64,000 nucleotides of DNA from Candidatus Magasanikbacteria bacterium RIFCSPHIGHO2_01_FULL_41_23 (GCA_001782805.1 MFPT01000021.1:10546-74545); one strand, 5' to 3'. Counted from the first letter of the stretch, positions 19,048 through 29,858 are shown. Numbers and translations: made by a program. Notes: generated by a model from the letters alone, not told the origin.

Positions 19048-19097
19048 ATTTGAATCAATGGAAAGGGGTGGCCACTAAGGCTATCCCCAGACAGAAC

Positions 19098-19126
19098 TTG
19101 ACAAAAGTTCTGGGTTTTGGTATTGT
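19098..19126 (+). promoter_or_regulatory. sigma70 promoter TTGACA-N17-TATTGT with a palindrome (CAGAACTT..AAGTTCTG) over the -35
   Basis: Direct motif reading; no sizeable downstream ORF on this strand. Confidence 0.6.
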
Positions 19127-19132
19127 TCTGCG

Positions 19133-19340
19133 TTACATTGTAATCTTGTGTCCACTATCTCGACTTAGTCGGGACGAGCGAGGATATAGGGTATGTGCGT
19201 GTTTCTTCCTTAAGTAGGATAGCAAATAAGTATTACCCTGTATCCACGACAAGCATGGAGGTGTGAAGTAGGGAAGAGCAGGCTCACGCTCGCCTTTACC
19301 TATGTCACACCTTCTTGGATACGGGTAGGTTTATCCTATA
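19133..19340 (+). ncRNA. Candidate structured non-coding RNA (long rod-like hairpin)
   Basis: TAGGATA/TATCCTA, ACCC-GTATCCA/TGGATACGGGT and GGAGGTGTGA/TCACACCTTC nested pairings downstream of a promoter. Confidence 0.5.
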
Positions 19341-19344
19341 TAAA

Positions 19345-19396
19345 AAAAGCCTTCTTCGACACGGGTTTATCCCGAGCTTGTCGAGGGAGGCTTTTG
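19345..19396. terminator. Bidirectional terminator-like hairpin containing a REP-like element
   Basis: AAAAGCCTTC..GGAGGCTTTT with internal CCCGAGCTTGTCGAGGG, at the 3' end of clpP. Confidence 0.6.
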
Positions 19397-19397
19397 T

Positions 19398-20012
19398 TTA
19401 TATGACTTTATCCGCCAAACCATAGGCCACGGCTTCGGTTGGATCCATAAAATGATCGCGATCAGTGTCTTGTTCTATGCGACTGATTGGTTGTCCGGTA
19501 TGATCAGCCAAGATTTGATTGAGTCGGTCTTTAATTTTTAAAATGCGTTCGGCGTGAATTTTGATATCACTGGCTTGGCCTTGCGCGCCGCCCAATACTT
19601 GATGAATCATAATTTCGCTGTTGGGCAAACAAAAACGTTTGCCTTTTTGACCGGCGGCCAAAAGCACTGATGCCATGCTCGCGGCCAAACCAATACAAAT
19701 GGTGGAAACATCGGATTTTATATATTTCATGGTGTCATAAATCGCCATGCCGGCTGTGACCGATCCACCCGGGGAATTGATGTACAATTTGATATCTTTT
19801 TCCGGATCTTGGTTTTCCAAAAATAAAAGTTGCGCAATCACAATATTGGCCACATGATCATCAATTTCCGTGCCCAAAAAAATGATCCGGTCTTTGAGCA
19901 GGCGCGAATAAATATCATACGCGCGCTCGCCGGACGATGTTTTTTCAATGACAGTGGGGATGAGATATTGGGCGGTGGGCGCAATGGTATTTTTAATACT
20001 GGTATTATTCAT
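19398..20012 (-). CDS. clpP: ATP-dependent Clp protease proteolytic subunit
   Basis: [32 protein letters not shown] motifs. Confidence 0.98.
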   Translation of the reverse strand: MNNTSIKNTIAPTAQYLIPTVIEKTSSGERAYDIYSRLLKDRIIFLGTEIDDHVANIVIAQLLFLENQDPEKDIKLYINSPGGSVTAGMAIYDTMKYIKSDVSTICIGLAASMASVLLAAGQKGKRFCLPNSEIMIHQVLGGAQGQASDIKIHAERILKIKDRLNQILADHTGQPISRIEQDTDRDHFMDPTEAVAYGLADKVI

Positions 20013-20265
20013 ATATATCGTGATTTCCTATATGTATAAAAATTACTTCGTTATTATTTCTGAATTGAAATATTATACGTAGTTTGTATGTTAAACGAAA
20101 AGACCATAAATCCAACAGATGTCCCTTTAGTTTGTGAGTTTGCAATGTATTGTCAAATGGATTTATGCAAAATATTTTTTCTTTTTCTTTAGCAGTTGCC
20201 TTTGTTTCATCGGTACATTTTTTATACTCCCGAATAAAAGATTTTGCATAATAAATATATAGCAT
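20005..20265 (-). CDS. RelE/StbE (YafQ-like) mRNA interferase toxin
   Basis: [12 protein letters not shown]...LWSF....RIIF....IGNHDIY. Confidence 0.9.
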   Translation of the reverse strand: MLYIYYAKSFIREYKKCTDETKATAKEKEKIFCINPFDNTLQTHKLKGHLLDLWSFRLTYKLRIIFQFRNNNEVIFIHIGNHDIYE

Positions 20266-20283
20266 ACCCCCCCTTTTTTTATT

Positions 20284-20481
20284 TTAATTATCCAAATCTT
20301 TTAGTGAAGACAGATGATAAATTCTACCTTTTTTTATATCGCGCATTGACGGCCATAATTTCCACAACAAAATATATGGACTAATGGCGTGACGGAATCG
20401 AAAATATAACCCACTACGATTGGGGATTTTATTTTTCCGTGTATCGAGATTACACTGTAGAGTCGCAGTTATTTGTTCCAT
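20284..20481 (-). CDS. Putative antitoxin (small basic protein)
   Basis: Directly upstream of the toxin; C-terminal DIKKGRI..LSSLKDLD motif shared with 48757-48963 and 49554-49751. Confidence 0.65.
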   Translation of the reverse strand: MEQITATLQCNLDTRKNKIPNRSGLYFRFRHAISPYILLWKLWPSMRDIKKGRIYHLSSLKDLDN

Positions 20482-20514
20482 ATATTCATATCATACGGTA
20501 AAAAAATTCATTCG

Positions 20515-22734
20515 TCAAACGGTCGTTGCCATTTCTTTTTTAAATCCACAGCCCTTGGTCGCACACTTAACCGTTCCTTTGGCGCCAAAGATAAGCGGAG
20601 CATAACACTGTGGACACATTTCTCCGGTTGGTTTGGTTGGTAAAATATTTTTGCATTCCGGATACTGATTGCAACTGTAAAAAATTCCACGTTTGCCTTT
20701 TTTCCCCACAAATTCTCCGACTTTACAAAGATTGCACATCACACCGGTTTTATTTTCTTTCTTTTTAATGTTTTTGCATTCGGGATATCCACTGCAACCA
20801 AGGAATGAACCAAAACGACCACGTTTGAGCGCCATTGGTTTGCCGCATTTTTCACAAACTTCTTTGATTTCATTGGCGAGCTCGGCCGCTTCTGCACTTC
20901 CTGGAATTGGTTTGGTGCTTTTGCACGTGGGATAATTAGTGCAGGCAATGAATTTTCCAAATCGGCCGATTTTTATGACCATGGCACTTTGGCATTTCGG
21001 ACAAATTTCATCGGTTTTTTCCTCGGTAATATCTTTTTTAACCAATGTTTCGGTTTTTTCAACAAGATTTTTGTGGAAAGGTTCATAAAATGTGGCGATA
21101 ATCGGTTGCCAATCTTTGGTGCCTTCGGCAATCGCGTCCAAATTTTCTTCCATTTTGGCGGTAAATTGATAATCCACAATATCGCCGAAATGTTCAACCA
21201 ACAAATCATTGACCACGAGCGCGATGTCAGTGGGTTTAAAGCGTTTATGTTCATCGCGTTCCACATAATTGCGATCTTCAATTGTGGCAATCGTTGGCGC
21301 GTACGTTGATGGCCGGCCGATGCCATATTCTTCCAAGGCTTTGACTAAAGTAGCGTCCGAATAACGCGCGGCTGGTTCGGTAAAATGTTGTTCTTTTTTT
21401 AATTCTGTGCAGGGAATAATCGCGTTGATTTTTAAATCCGGCAAAATCGTTTCCGTGCCAGTGTCGGGCATAATCGCCAGCCAGCCGGGAAAAAGAAGGG
21501 TTTGGCCGGTGGCGCGGAAAATATACGGATTACTGGCAATATCCACGCTTACTCGATTGAGTTTGGCCGCAGTCATTTGCGTGGCAACTGCGCGTTGCCA
21601 AATTAAACTGTACAATCTTAATTGATCGTTGCTCAAGTATTGTTTAATTGATTCCGGCGATAATCCGGCTTCGGTCGGGCGAATCGCTTCGTGCGCTTCT
21701 TGTGCGTTTTTGGATTTGGTGGCATAACGACGTGGTTTTTCCAGTGCGTAATCAGAACCGAATTTTTGCATTACAAATTCACGCGCGTCAGTCGTGAATT
21801 TTTCCGACATATTAAGCGAATCCGTACGCATGTAAGTGATAAGACCGGTATGTCCGGCCGCGCCCAATTCCACGCCTTCATATAATTGTTGCGCCAAACG
21901 CATAGTATTTTTGGCGGAATATCCCAAACGTTGATTCGCGGTTTGTTGCAGTGTGGACGTAGTAAATGGTGGTGGCGGAACACGCGCGGCTTCTTTTTTT
22001 ATAACGTCTTTAATGGTAAATGTCTTACCGACTAATTCGCTGATTATTTTTTGCGCTTCAATTTCAGTTTCAATACTCAATTTATGTAATTTTTTGTCTC
22101 CTATCGCAATGAGTGTTGCCGGAAATTCGTGCGGATGCGCATTAAAAATTCCAATAATACTCCAATATTCTTGGGTTTTAAAGGCTTGAATTTCTCGTTC
22201 TCGCTCCACCACCAAACGTACGGCCACTGATTGCACGCGTCCGGCGGATAATCCACGCGTTACTTTTTTCCACAAAAATGGGGATAATTCATAGCCAACC
22301 AAACGATCAAGTACGCGACGCGCTTGTTGTGCGTCTACTAATTTTTGATCAATGTGGCGCGGATTGGCAATCGCCGTATCCAGCGCGTGTTTGGTAATTT
22401 CATGAAATACTATTCGCTCGGCAGTTTCAACCGGAATGTTGCAGACGTGAGCCAAGTGCCAGGAAATGGCTTCTCCTTCCCGATCTTCATCAGTCGCGAA
22501 TATAATGCGGTCGCTTTTTTTTGCCAAGTCTTTTAATTTTTTTACTTGCGCGGCTTTTTCTTTGGGAATTATATATGTTGGCAAAAAAGTTCCGCCCTCA
22601 ATGTCAATGCCGATTTTGCTTTTGGGCAAATCACGAATATGACCGAAAGATGACTCGACTGTGTAGCCGCGTCCCAGAAATTTAGTAATAGTTTTGGCTT
22701 TGGCCGGAGATTCAACGATAACCAATGTTTTCAT
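20515..22734 (-). CDS. topA: DNA topoisomerase I
   Basis: LVIVESPAKAKTI, ATDEDREGE, SAGRVQS, ITYMRTDS, C-terminal zinc ribbons. Confidence 0.98.
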   Translation of the reverse strand: MKTLVIVESPAKAKTITKFLGRGYTVESSFGHIRDLPKSKIGIDIEGGTFLPTYIIPKEKAAQVKKLKDLAKKSDRIIFATDEDREGEAISWHLAHVCNIPVETAERIVFHEITKHALDTAIANPRHIDQKLVDAQQARRVLDRLVGYELSPFLWKKVTRGLSAGRVQSVAVRLVVEREREIQAFKTQEYWSIIGIFNAHPHEFPATLIAIGDKKLHKLSIETEIEAQKIISELVGKTFTIKDVIKKEAARVPPPPFTTSTLQQTANQRLGYSAKNTMRLAQQLYEGVELGAAGHTGLITYMRTDSLNMSEKFTTDAREFVMQKFGSDYALEKPRRYATKSKNAQEAHEAIRPTEAGLSPESIKQYLSNDQLRLYSLIWQRAVATQMTAAKLNRVSVDIASNPYIFRATGQTLLFPGWLAIMPDTGTETILPDLKINAIIPCTELKKEQHFTEPAARYSDATLVKALEEYGIGRPSTYAPTIATIEDRNYVERDEHKRFKPTDIALVVNDLLVEHFGDIVDYQFTAKMEENLDAIAEGTKDWQPIIATFYEPFHKNLVEKTETLVKKDITEEKTDEICPKCQSAMVIKIGRFGKFIACTNYPTCKSTKPIPGSAEAAELANEIKEVCEKCGKPMALKRGRFGSFLGCSGYPECKNIKKKENKTGVMCNLCKVGEFVGKKGKRGIFYSCNQYPECKNILPTKPTGEMCPQCYAPLIFGAKGTVKCATKGCGFKKEMATTV

Positions 22735-22795
22735 ATTTCGGTTGACTCAATATAAATATCGCGTAGAGCATAGTGGATATTTAGCTGATTGTCAA

Positions 22796-24160
22796 TTAAG
22801 CTATTTTTTTTGTATTGTTATTTTTGATTAATGTCGGTCGCAATTCTCCGCTTAGATAAATTGACCCAGTGACAAGAATAATACCTTTAGTTTCAGCTTG
22901 TTTTTTTGACCAAGCCACGGCTTCGATTGGATCAAGAAAAATTTCAGTTTTTATTTCCGGAGAATATTTTTTTACGATTTTTTGCATGGCATCAAGATTC
23001 AGCGTTTTTCTGAATACATTCGTGATATTTTTAGTGCAGGCTACGGACGTTGGTTTAAGAGTTAGGAGTTTTTTAATCATGATATTTGTTTTTTTGTCGC
23101 CGGAAAATCCCATGACCAAATGAATTGGTTTATCGCCCAAAACCAGTCGTAATTTTTTTATTGTTTCAATCGTAGCGGAAATTTTTTGCGGATTATGCGC
23201 GCCGTCTAAAATGATATGCGGATTATTTTGTATGATTTCAAATCTAATCGGCTGGACGGTTTTTTTTAGTCCGGTTTTGATGGCGGTTTGATTAATGCCA
23301 AAATGCTTGGCAACTGTAATGGCCAATGCCGCGTTTCGTGCCTGATGCATGCCAAGAGCTTTAATTTCATAATTATTTCCGCGGTATGTAAAATTCGTGC
23401 TTATTTCAGAAATGGAAATTGATTTTTTTTCAGCCGAGGATAAATGAGAATGTATGACTATGGCTTTTTTATGATCCGCGGCTTTTTTTATGATTTTTAA
23501 AACAGCGCTACTTTCACTCATCGTAAAAACCGGCGCGTTGGTGGTAATGATGCCGGCTTTTTCGGCGGCAATTTGAGAAATAGTCGTGCCCAAATGTTTG
23601 GTGTGATCCAACCCAATGTCAGTAATAATGGCGGCATCTTTTCGTGGTATTATATTTGTGGAATCAATTCGTCCGCCCATCCCAACTTCCAGTACCGCAC
23701 AATCGACTTTTTTTCTAGCAAAATAATGCAGAGCCATAACCGTATAAATTTCAAACAATGATGGCACGTCATATGGACTCGTGCGGATGTATGTTTCCAA
23801 TGCTGTTTTAATTTCTTGCACTAAAATAATAAATTCGGTTTTTGATATTGGTTTATTATTAATTTGCCAGCGTTCTCGAATATCACTGATATAGGGAGAT
23901 AAAAATAAGCCGGTTTTGCGTCCGGCACATTGCCAAATTGAACTTAAATACGCGCAAACCGAACCTTTACCACTGGTTCCCGCCACATGCAAATAATGAG
24001 GAATTTTTTTCTCCGGATTATGCAATATATCCAGCAAAAATTGCGTTCGTTTAAAAAAATGATTATCCGAGTCATTATTTTTGTTCGCGCTATCCGAATA
24101 TTCCCGTCGATTGATGGTTTTGAAAGAATCAAGTAATTGGATGGCATTCTGATAATTCAT
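22796..24160 (-). CDS. folC: Folylpolyglutamate synthase/dihydrofolate synthase family (Mur ligase fold)
   Basis: HVAGTSGKGS, LEVGMGGRIDSTN, IGLDH, ILDGAHNP, TGSIYL. Confidence 0.92.
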   Translation of the reverse strand: MNYQNAIQLLDSFKTINRREYSDSANKNNDSDNHFFKRTQFLLDILHNPEKKIPHYLHVAGTSGKGSVCAYLSSIWQCAGRKTGLFLSPYISDIRERWQINNKPISKTEFIILVQEIKTALETYIRTSPYDVPSLFEIYTVMALHYFARKKVDCAVLEVGMGGRIDSTNIIPRKDAAIITDIGLDHTKHLGTTISQIAAEKAGIITTNAPVFTMSESSAVLKIIKKAADHKKAIVIHSHLSSAEKKSISISEISTNFTYRGNNYEIKALGMHQARNAALAITVAKHFGINQTAIKTGLKKTVQPIRFEIIQNNPHIILDGAHNPQKISATIETIKKLRLVLGDKPIHLVMGFSGDKKTNIMIKKLLTLKPTSVACTKNITNVFRKTLNLDAMQKIVKKYSPEIKTEIFLDPIEAVAWSKKQAETKGIILVTGSIYLSGELRPTLIKNNNTKKIA

Positions 24161-24205
24161 AAGAAGAGACGCGTTGACTGATTTTTTAATTCATCATTTT
24201 TTATT

Positions 24206-25273
24206 TTAAGAGCATATATATCGATTTCCCAGAATGGCCTGTATCATCCCTTTAATTTCCATTTCCGTCAAGAGGACAGCCACATGATGGGCGGGCAGAT
24301 TAAGTTTTTGGACAATCGCATCACCAGTTTGCGGTTCGTTTGCCAGAAACGCCATAATTATATTTTCGATTGGGTTTGAGGAAATAGGTACTGTACTCTG
24401 CGATTTCTTTTTTTGATTAAGATTAAAAACCGCACGCAAATCATTGACGCTGGTAATTATGGTGGCACCGTCTTTAATTAAATTATTCGGACCAACACCA
24501 ACAAGTGAAAAAATAGAATGAGGAACTGCCAATACTTCGCGGCCTTGCTCCAGTGCGCAGCTGGCAGTGATGAGTGCGCCGGATTTAATTCCGGCTTCAA
24601 TAACGAGTGTCGCTTTGGCTAAACCGGAAATAATCCGGTTACGTTTGGGAAAAGTATAATTGGTTGAAGCAGTGCCTGGGGGATATTCAGTAATTACGGC
24701 TCCGCCTGAAGCAATAATTTGTTCACTGATTTTTTTTCGCTCCGCGAATAATTCATTGCTATCAAATCCCGCGCCCAAAACTGCGATGGTGTAAGCATTA
24801 ACATTGAGAGCGGCTTGATGAGCAAAACTGTCTATGCCATAGGCCAAACCGGAAACAATGCCGATTTCCTTGGCAAACGGCTCGACAATTTTTTCGATAA
24901 TTTGTTTTCCAACAAAAGTATTTTGGCGTGTGCCGACCACGGCTAAGAGCGGTTGATTGTTTTTTAATTGTCCTTGAACAAACAATGTGTATGGCGGATC
25001 AAAAATTGCCGCGAGTAATGGCGGATAATCAGGATCGACAATGGTAATAATTCGCGCGTTGGCTTTTTTTAGATCATTTTCGCATTTTTGTTCATCAAGA
25101 CTGTCTCGCCAGACAATAAATTTATCAAGTGTTTCTTTTGGCCACTTTAATTTTTGTAAATCAGATTTTTGCGTTTGCCAAAAATTATCAAGCGAACCAA
25201 ATAGCGCGATGATAGTTTTGTAACGCGGCACACTGATGTGCAGCCAAAAAGCCAGAAGTCCCTCCTTGGTCAT
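24206..25273 (-). CDS. dprA: DNA-processing protein DprA
   Basis: AVVGTR, VSGLAYGID, FPKRNRIISGL, SGALITA. Confidence 0.96.
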   Translation of the reverse strand: MTKEGLLAFWLHISVPRYKTIIALFGSLDNFWQTQKSDLQKLKWPKETLDKFIVWRDSLDEQKCENDLKKANARIITIVDPDYPPLLAAIFDPPYTLFVQGQLKNNQPLLAVVGTRQNTFVGKQIIEKIVEPFAKEIGIVSGLAYGIDSFAHQAALNVNAYTIAVLGAGFDSNELFAERKKISEQIIASGGAVITEYPPGTASTNYTFPKRNRIISGLAKATLVIEAGIKSGALITASCALEQGREVLAVPHSIFSLVGVGPNNLIKDGATIITSVNDLRAVFNLNQKKKSQSTVPISSNPIENIIMAFLANEPQTGDAIVQKLNLPAHHVAVLLTEMEIKGMIQAILGNRYICS

Positions 25274-25276
25274 AAT

Positions 25277-25822
25277 TTATATAATTTTTTTAAGAGCCGC
25301 GACCGCTTTTTCAATTGATTGATGAGCAGTTCGTCGTTCCAATAAACTGAATTTTTTTAAAACAAAATGCGCCATATCAGACATTTTTTTAGGATCGGTG
25401 CTGGCAATTCCCACGCGGAGTCGGGTAAAATTTTGCGTGCCCAGTTCAGCTACAATGGAAATTACGCCGTTATGTCCGGCTGAGCCGCGATTAGTTTGAA
25501 TTTTCATTTCTCCCAAAACAATATCTTTATCATCGTGCACGACGATAATTGATTCGGGATCAATTTTATAAAAGCTGGTCGCTAGTTGCACGGCAATGCC
25601 GGACGCGTTCATGTACGTAAGCGGTTTCAGCAGAATAACTGTTTCCGTGCCAATCGTCCCTTTACAGATCTCCGCGTTGCATTTTTTGCTGATTTCCCAG
25701 CCTGACCATTGGGCTTCGTTCGCAGTGAATTTTTTTAATTCATCCAATATTATAAACCCAACATTGTGTCGAGTTTTTTGATATTGTTTGCCTGGATTGC
25801 CAAGACCGACGACCAGTTTCAT
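25277..25822 (-). CDS. pth: Peptidyl-tRNA hydrolase
   Basis: MKLVVGLGNPG..Y..TRHNVGF, KPLTYMN, HNG; start placed at 25822. Confidence 0.97.
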   Translation of the reverse strand: MKLVVGLGNPGKQYQKTRHNVGFIILDELKKFTANEAQWSGWEISKKCNAEICKGTIGTETVILLKPLTYMNASGIAVQLATSFYKIDPESIIVVHDDKDIVLGEMKIQTNRGSAGHNGVISIVAELGTQNFTRLRVGIASTDPKKMSDMAHFVLKKFSLLERRTAHQSIEKAVAALKKII

Positions 25823-25869
25823 ATTTCGATAGTTCAGCGAGTTCACTACAAGTAAACTCAATATAAATA

Positions 25870-27267
25870 TTATCGTTTCATTTTGGTTAATTTAATCACA
25901 ATGGGCGCGCCGATAAAATTAAACTGTTCACGCAATTTATTTTCAATAAAATGAACGTAGGACAAATGGAGCGATGTCTGATATTTGATAAACAATTCAA
26001 AAATCGGCGGTGCCGCATTTATTTGACTAAGGCCAAGTAATCCCGGTTGACGCGTCCCTTTGCCTTTGGCCGGTTTGTGCAATCGTTTGATCGTGCGGAA
26101 AAATTCATCCAGCTCCTTGGAATCAATGATGGTTTTGCGCGCTGCGTTTACTTCCAATAGTAATGGAAAAATTTGATGGACGCGATAACCGGTTTTGCCG
26201 CTCACCATTACAATCGGCGCGAATTTAAGATGAGGGAAATGCTGATAAATTTTTTCTTTTACGTCTTGACGATGCGCATCAGAAACATCATCGGTCAGAT
26301 CCCATTTGTTCAGCACGATAATAACACTGCGACTGTGCCGTTCCAACAGTCCGCCAAGTTGTAAATCTTGGCTTGATAATGCTTCATTCGCATCAAGCAC
26401 CAAAAGAACAATATCTGATCGTTCAATTGATTCCAGACTTTTGTGCACTCCTTGATTTTCCAATCCGCCTTCCACTCGTGATTTGCGACGAATACCGGCC
26501 GTGTCAACAAAGGTAATGTGATGTTTTATTTTGTCTGCTTCATAGACAAGAGTCGTATCAAATGATTCACGCGTCGTGTGTGCGATGGGACTGACAATTA
26601 CTTTTTCTTCGCCGATTAATTTATTGAAGAGAGATGATTTTCCCACGTTTGGTTTGCCGATTAAGGCTACACGCAGGGGATTTTTTGGCTCCACGAGAGA
26701 TAAAATTTTTGGTCGCTTATTTTTTTTACCAAGAGCGGTGTACAATACATCCAAAAAATCACCTACGCCTCGACCACTGGCGGCAGAAACAGCCAAAGGT
26801 GAACCAAGACCAAGACCAAGCCATTCTTGATTGTAAATTTCCAATTCATATTTGGGTTTATCGCATTTGTTGGCAACGAAAATAATCGGAATATTTTTGC
26901 CTAGAAAGCGTTGGCGGATTTTTTTTATCAGTTCTAGTTCTTGGGGCAAAATACCCACTTGTGTGTCAGCGACAAATACAATCGCGTCAGCCAACTGGAG
27001 CGCGCTGTCTGCTTGCGCCAAAATTTCTTCGGCAAAAAATTCATTTTCCGCTGTATCTTGTCCGCCCGTGTCAATGATTTTGATGTTTTTACCGCGCCAC
27101 AAAACTTCGCCTTCATTATTGGTACGCGTGGTTCCGGCAACATTGGAAACCAAGGCTTTGCTATCTTCGATTACGCGATTGAACAAGCTGGATTTACCGA
27201 CGTTGGCTCGACCGATAATCACGGCGATTGGTAAATTGCGTGTTGGTTTGGTTGTTGGAGTTGCCAT
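25870..27267 (-). CDS. der: Ribosome biogenesis GTPase Der
   Basis: Two tandem GTPase domains (GRANVGKSS, GKPNVGKSS, DTAG, NKWD) plus KH-like tail. Confidence 0.97.
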   Translation of the reverse strand: MATPTTKPTRNLPIAVIIGRANVGKSSLFNRVIEDSKALVSNVAGTTRTNNEGEVLWRGKNIKIIDTGGQDTAENEFFAEEILAQADSALQLADAIVFVADTQVGILPQELELIKKIRQRFLGKNIPIIFVANKCDKPKYELEIYNQEWLGLGLGSPLAVSAASGRGVGDFLDVLYTALGKKNKRPKILSLVEPKNPLRVALIGKPNVGKSSLFNKLIGEEKVIVSPIAHTTRESFDTTLVYEADKIKHHITFVDTAGIRRKSRVEGGLENQGVHKSLESIERSDIVLLVLDANEALSSQDLQLGGLLERHSRSVIIVLNKWDLTDDVSDAHRQDVKEKIYQHFPHLKFAPIVMVSGKTGYRVHQIFPLLLEVNAARKTIIDSKELDEFFRTIKRLHKPAKGKGTRQPGLLGLSQINAAPPIFELFIKYQTSLHLSYVHFIENKLREQFNFIGAPIVIKLTKMKR

Positions 27268-27271
27268 ATAA

Positions 27272-28801
27272 TTAATCAATAAAATCATCGCCGAGCATAA
27301 TTAAAATATCGGTCGAAGTGGATGGATGAATGGTCGAAGGAATATTTTGGGTGGTGGAAATTTTTAATTCATCAACCAATATATCCAGTATTGTTGACGG
27401 CGTATTTTTTTGCAAGACATATATTTTGCTTTGGCTGATTGGTTTTTCTTGAGTATTGTTGACGGTAGTAATTGCAATGGATCGAAATTCCAAACGCCGA
27501 CGGACTCTCGCGGCCAATCCCGCGTTCCATGTGCCGTTTTGAATTTCCAAAATCGGTTCTACGGTTTTTGGCGCAAAAGTTTCAACCGGATTTTTTTCTT
27601 TATTTTTAATATCCGCGTTGAAAAAAGGATTTTCCGCTGACGCGTTCGTGAGGGCAATTGCTTTGTTTGGATCACCATTAAAAATTAATTTAATGGAGTC
27701 ATTGATGGCGTTAAAATTATCGGTTTTGGGATACAAGATGTATGCGCCGCTTGAGGTAAATGTGCTTTTCAGAAAGCCATCGGGATTGGAATCCAAAACT
27801 AGAGAAATGATGCGGCCGGTATCAAGTGTTTGGCCTGTTTTTGCCAAAGAAACCAATTCGTCAAATTCCATGTTGGTCGTCAAATGCGATTCAAGTGAAT
27901 TCATAATATTGTTCGCGCGAAGGGGATTGAGGTATGTTCCAATGTCAGATAATTTTTGCTTAAGAGCCAAAAGAATTTTTTGTTGTCGTCGAGCCCGTGC
28001 AAAATCCGATCCCTCGTTGTTATTGCCATGTCGGGAGCGTGCGAATGTGAGGGCAGTTTGTCCATCCATGGTTTGCTCTCCAGCGGTAAATGACACTGTT
28101 TGGTATTCGTCATAGGGCGCCGGAAACATGGGATCGGTAAAACTGCGATCCACGGTTACCGTTACCCCATCCAGTTCATTAATTATTTCCGCAAAGGCTT
28201 TGAAATCCAATCGAATGTAGTAGGGAATGTCAATGTTGAATGTTTGGGAAATGAGTTCTGTGGCCGCGGCCGCGCCCCAATTGGGTTTTTTTAACTCGCC
28301 ATAGGCATTGACATGATTGATTTTTTGGTAACCATAACCGGGAATATCCACGCCCAAATCGCGAGGAATGGAAATTAAAGCCACTTGTTTGGTGGATGGT
28401 TTGATGCTGGCAATCATTATCGTGTCAGTTAGGAATGGTCCATCGTGACCTGGCCCGCCCATTCCCAAAAGCAAAATATTTATCCGATCAGTTTTGGCTC
28501 CAGCCAGATTTGAATTTCCTGTTTCACTGTTACCAAAGGCGATGTAACTTATTTTTTTCAATAAACTTTTTGGTTTTTTGGGTTCTAGAGTTACTCCGGC
28601 ACGGATTGTATCTGTTGTAACAGTTAAACTATTATACCACCACATGCTTCCAGCCAGCAAAAATATCGCCAGCAACAAAAAAAGCGCTTTCTTGCGGCGT
28701 CCTTTTCCCTCTTTAGCCAATTCATTCGGTTCAAAATCGCGAGGCGGATGATTTGACGGTTCTTCAACCTCGCTCATAAAATTAATCGCATGTGGCACCA
28801 T
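27272..28801 (-). CDS. LCP (LytR-CpsA-Psr) family protein with LytR C-terminal domain
   Basis: NILLLG, TDTIM, SIPRD, KIN, ARSR, SDFARARRQQ, EIQNGT..GLA. Confidence 0.95.
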   Translation of the reverse strand: MVPHAINFMSEVEEPSNHPPRDFEPNELAKEGKGRRKKALFLLLAIFLLAGSMWWYNSLTVTTDTIRAGVTLEPKKPKSLLKKISYIAFGNSETGNSNLAGAKTDRINILLLGMGGPGHDGPFLTDTIMIASIKPSTKQVALISIPRDLGVDIPGYGYQKINHVNAYGELKKPNWGAAAATELISQTFNIDIPYYIRLDFKAFAEIINELDGVTVTVDRSFTDPMFPAPYDEYQTVSFTAGEQTMDGQTALTFARSRHGNNNEGSDFARARRQQKILLALKQKLSDIGTYLNPLRANNIMNSLESHLTTNMEFDELVSLAKTGQTLDTGRIISLVLDSNPDGFLKSTFTSSGAYILYPKTDNFNAINDSIKLIFNGDPNKAIALTNASAENPFFNADIKNKEKNPVETFAPKTVEPILEIQNGTWNAGLAARVRRRLEFRSIAITTVNNTQEKPISQSKIYVLQKNTPSTILDILVDELKISTTQNIPSTIHPSTSTDILIMLGDDFID

Positions 28802-28925
28802 AGCTTTAACACTATAACGGATTTTTTTGGTTTTGGCAAGGGATTTTTAGGAGAGTTATTATCCTGATTTGACACACAAAACAAGATGTGGAATAATTCT
28901 TTCATAATTTATTAACTAAAATTCT

Positions 28926-29378
28926 ATGTCAGGTCCAGAAGGATCAGGAGAATCATGTCCACAATGTAACCAACCAAAGTTTGCTTGTAAATGTCCCAAG
29001 ACTACGGCAGAAGCACAGGGAGGTCAAGCACCAGAAATTTCGGCAAATTTACAGGATCAAGATACTGCATCAAATGAAAAATATCCAAGACCTGGTTCTC
29101 CTGAAGCACAAGAACTTCATCGTTTACACGAAGAATTTTATAGAAATAATGGAGGACCTACCCCAAGAGAAGCTGGGTTAGAACAGTTACAATATAATTG
29201 GCAACAAGAAGAAATATTGGGTGTACCGCGTGATCAAAGAGGGAAGGAACAATATGAAAATCCAAATAGTAGACAGAATCTTACTGATAAAGCGTTTTTT
29301 CAGACACCAGAGGCCGTAGCAGAATTCGAAAAGAATGGATGGACTCTACCAAAAAGTGGAGTTGATGAGAATAAATAA
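28926..29378 (+). CDS. Hypothetical protein with N-terminal CxxC..CxC motif
   Basis: Own TTGACA promoter upstream, terminator downstream. Confidence 0.7.
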   Translation: MSGPEGSGESCPQCNQPKFACKCPKTTAEAQGGQAPEISANLQDQDTASNEKYPRPGSPEAQELHRLHEEFYRNNGGPTPREAGLEQLQYNWQQEEILGVPRDQRGKEQYENPNSRQNLTDKAFFQTPEAVAEFEKNGWTLPKSGVDENK

Positions 29379-29394
29379 TAAAAGAAAGATTTTT

Positions 29395-29425
29395 AACCGG
29401 TTATTTCTACATAGCCGGTTTTTTT
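29395..29425 (+). terminator. Intrinsic terminator
   Basis: AACCGGTTAT..ATAGCCGGTT followed by a T-run. Confidence 0.7.
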
Positions 29426-29543
29426 ATATCGTTGACAAAAAGAATAATTTGGAGAATAATTAAAACATAAGAGGCCACATCTTCGCCGAATTTTTTGATT
29501 CGACGAGGTTTTTTATTTTACAAAAGAAAATTTTAAAATTAAT

Positions 29544-29858
29544 ATGGAGGTTCAGTTTTTTGATAAAAAAATAGAAGAATTTATTGATCATTTAGATAAT
29601 ATTGTTAATCCGAAAGTATTTCGGGTAATTGCTCTTTTGGAAGAATTTGGACCAAGTCTAGGAATGCCGCAAAGTAAGAAAATTGGTCAGCGACTGTTTG
29701 AGCTCAGGATACTTGGTAAACAGCATATTCGTATTATATATACTTTTCATCGAGATTCGGCGATCTTGTTGCATGGATTTATTAAAAAATCAGAAAAAAT
29801 TCCTCTGAAAGAAATTTGCCTTGCCAAAGCTAAATTATCGGTTCTTGACAGAAGATAA
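29544..29858 (+). CDS. HigB/Gp49-like RelE/ParE family toxin
   Basis: G..LGMPQSKKI...LFELR, ILLHGFIKKS..P. Confidence 0.9.
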   Translation: MEVQFFDKKIEEFIDHLDNIVNPKVFRVIALLEEFGPSLGMPQSKKIGQRLFELRILGKQHIRIIYTFHRDSAILLHGFIKKSEKIPLKEICLAKAKLSVLDRR

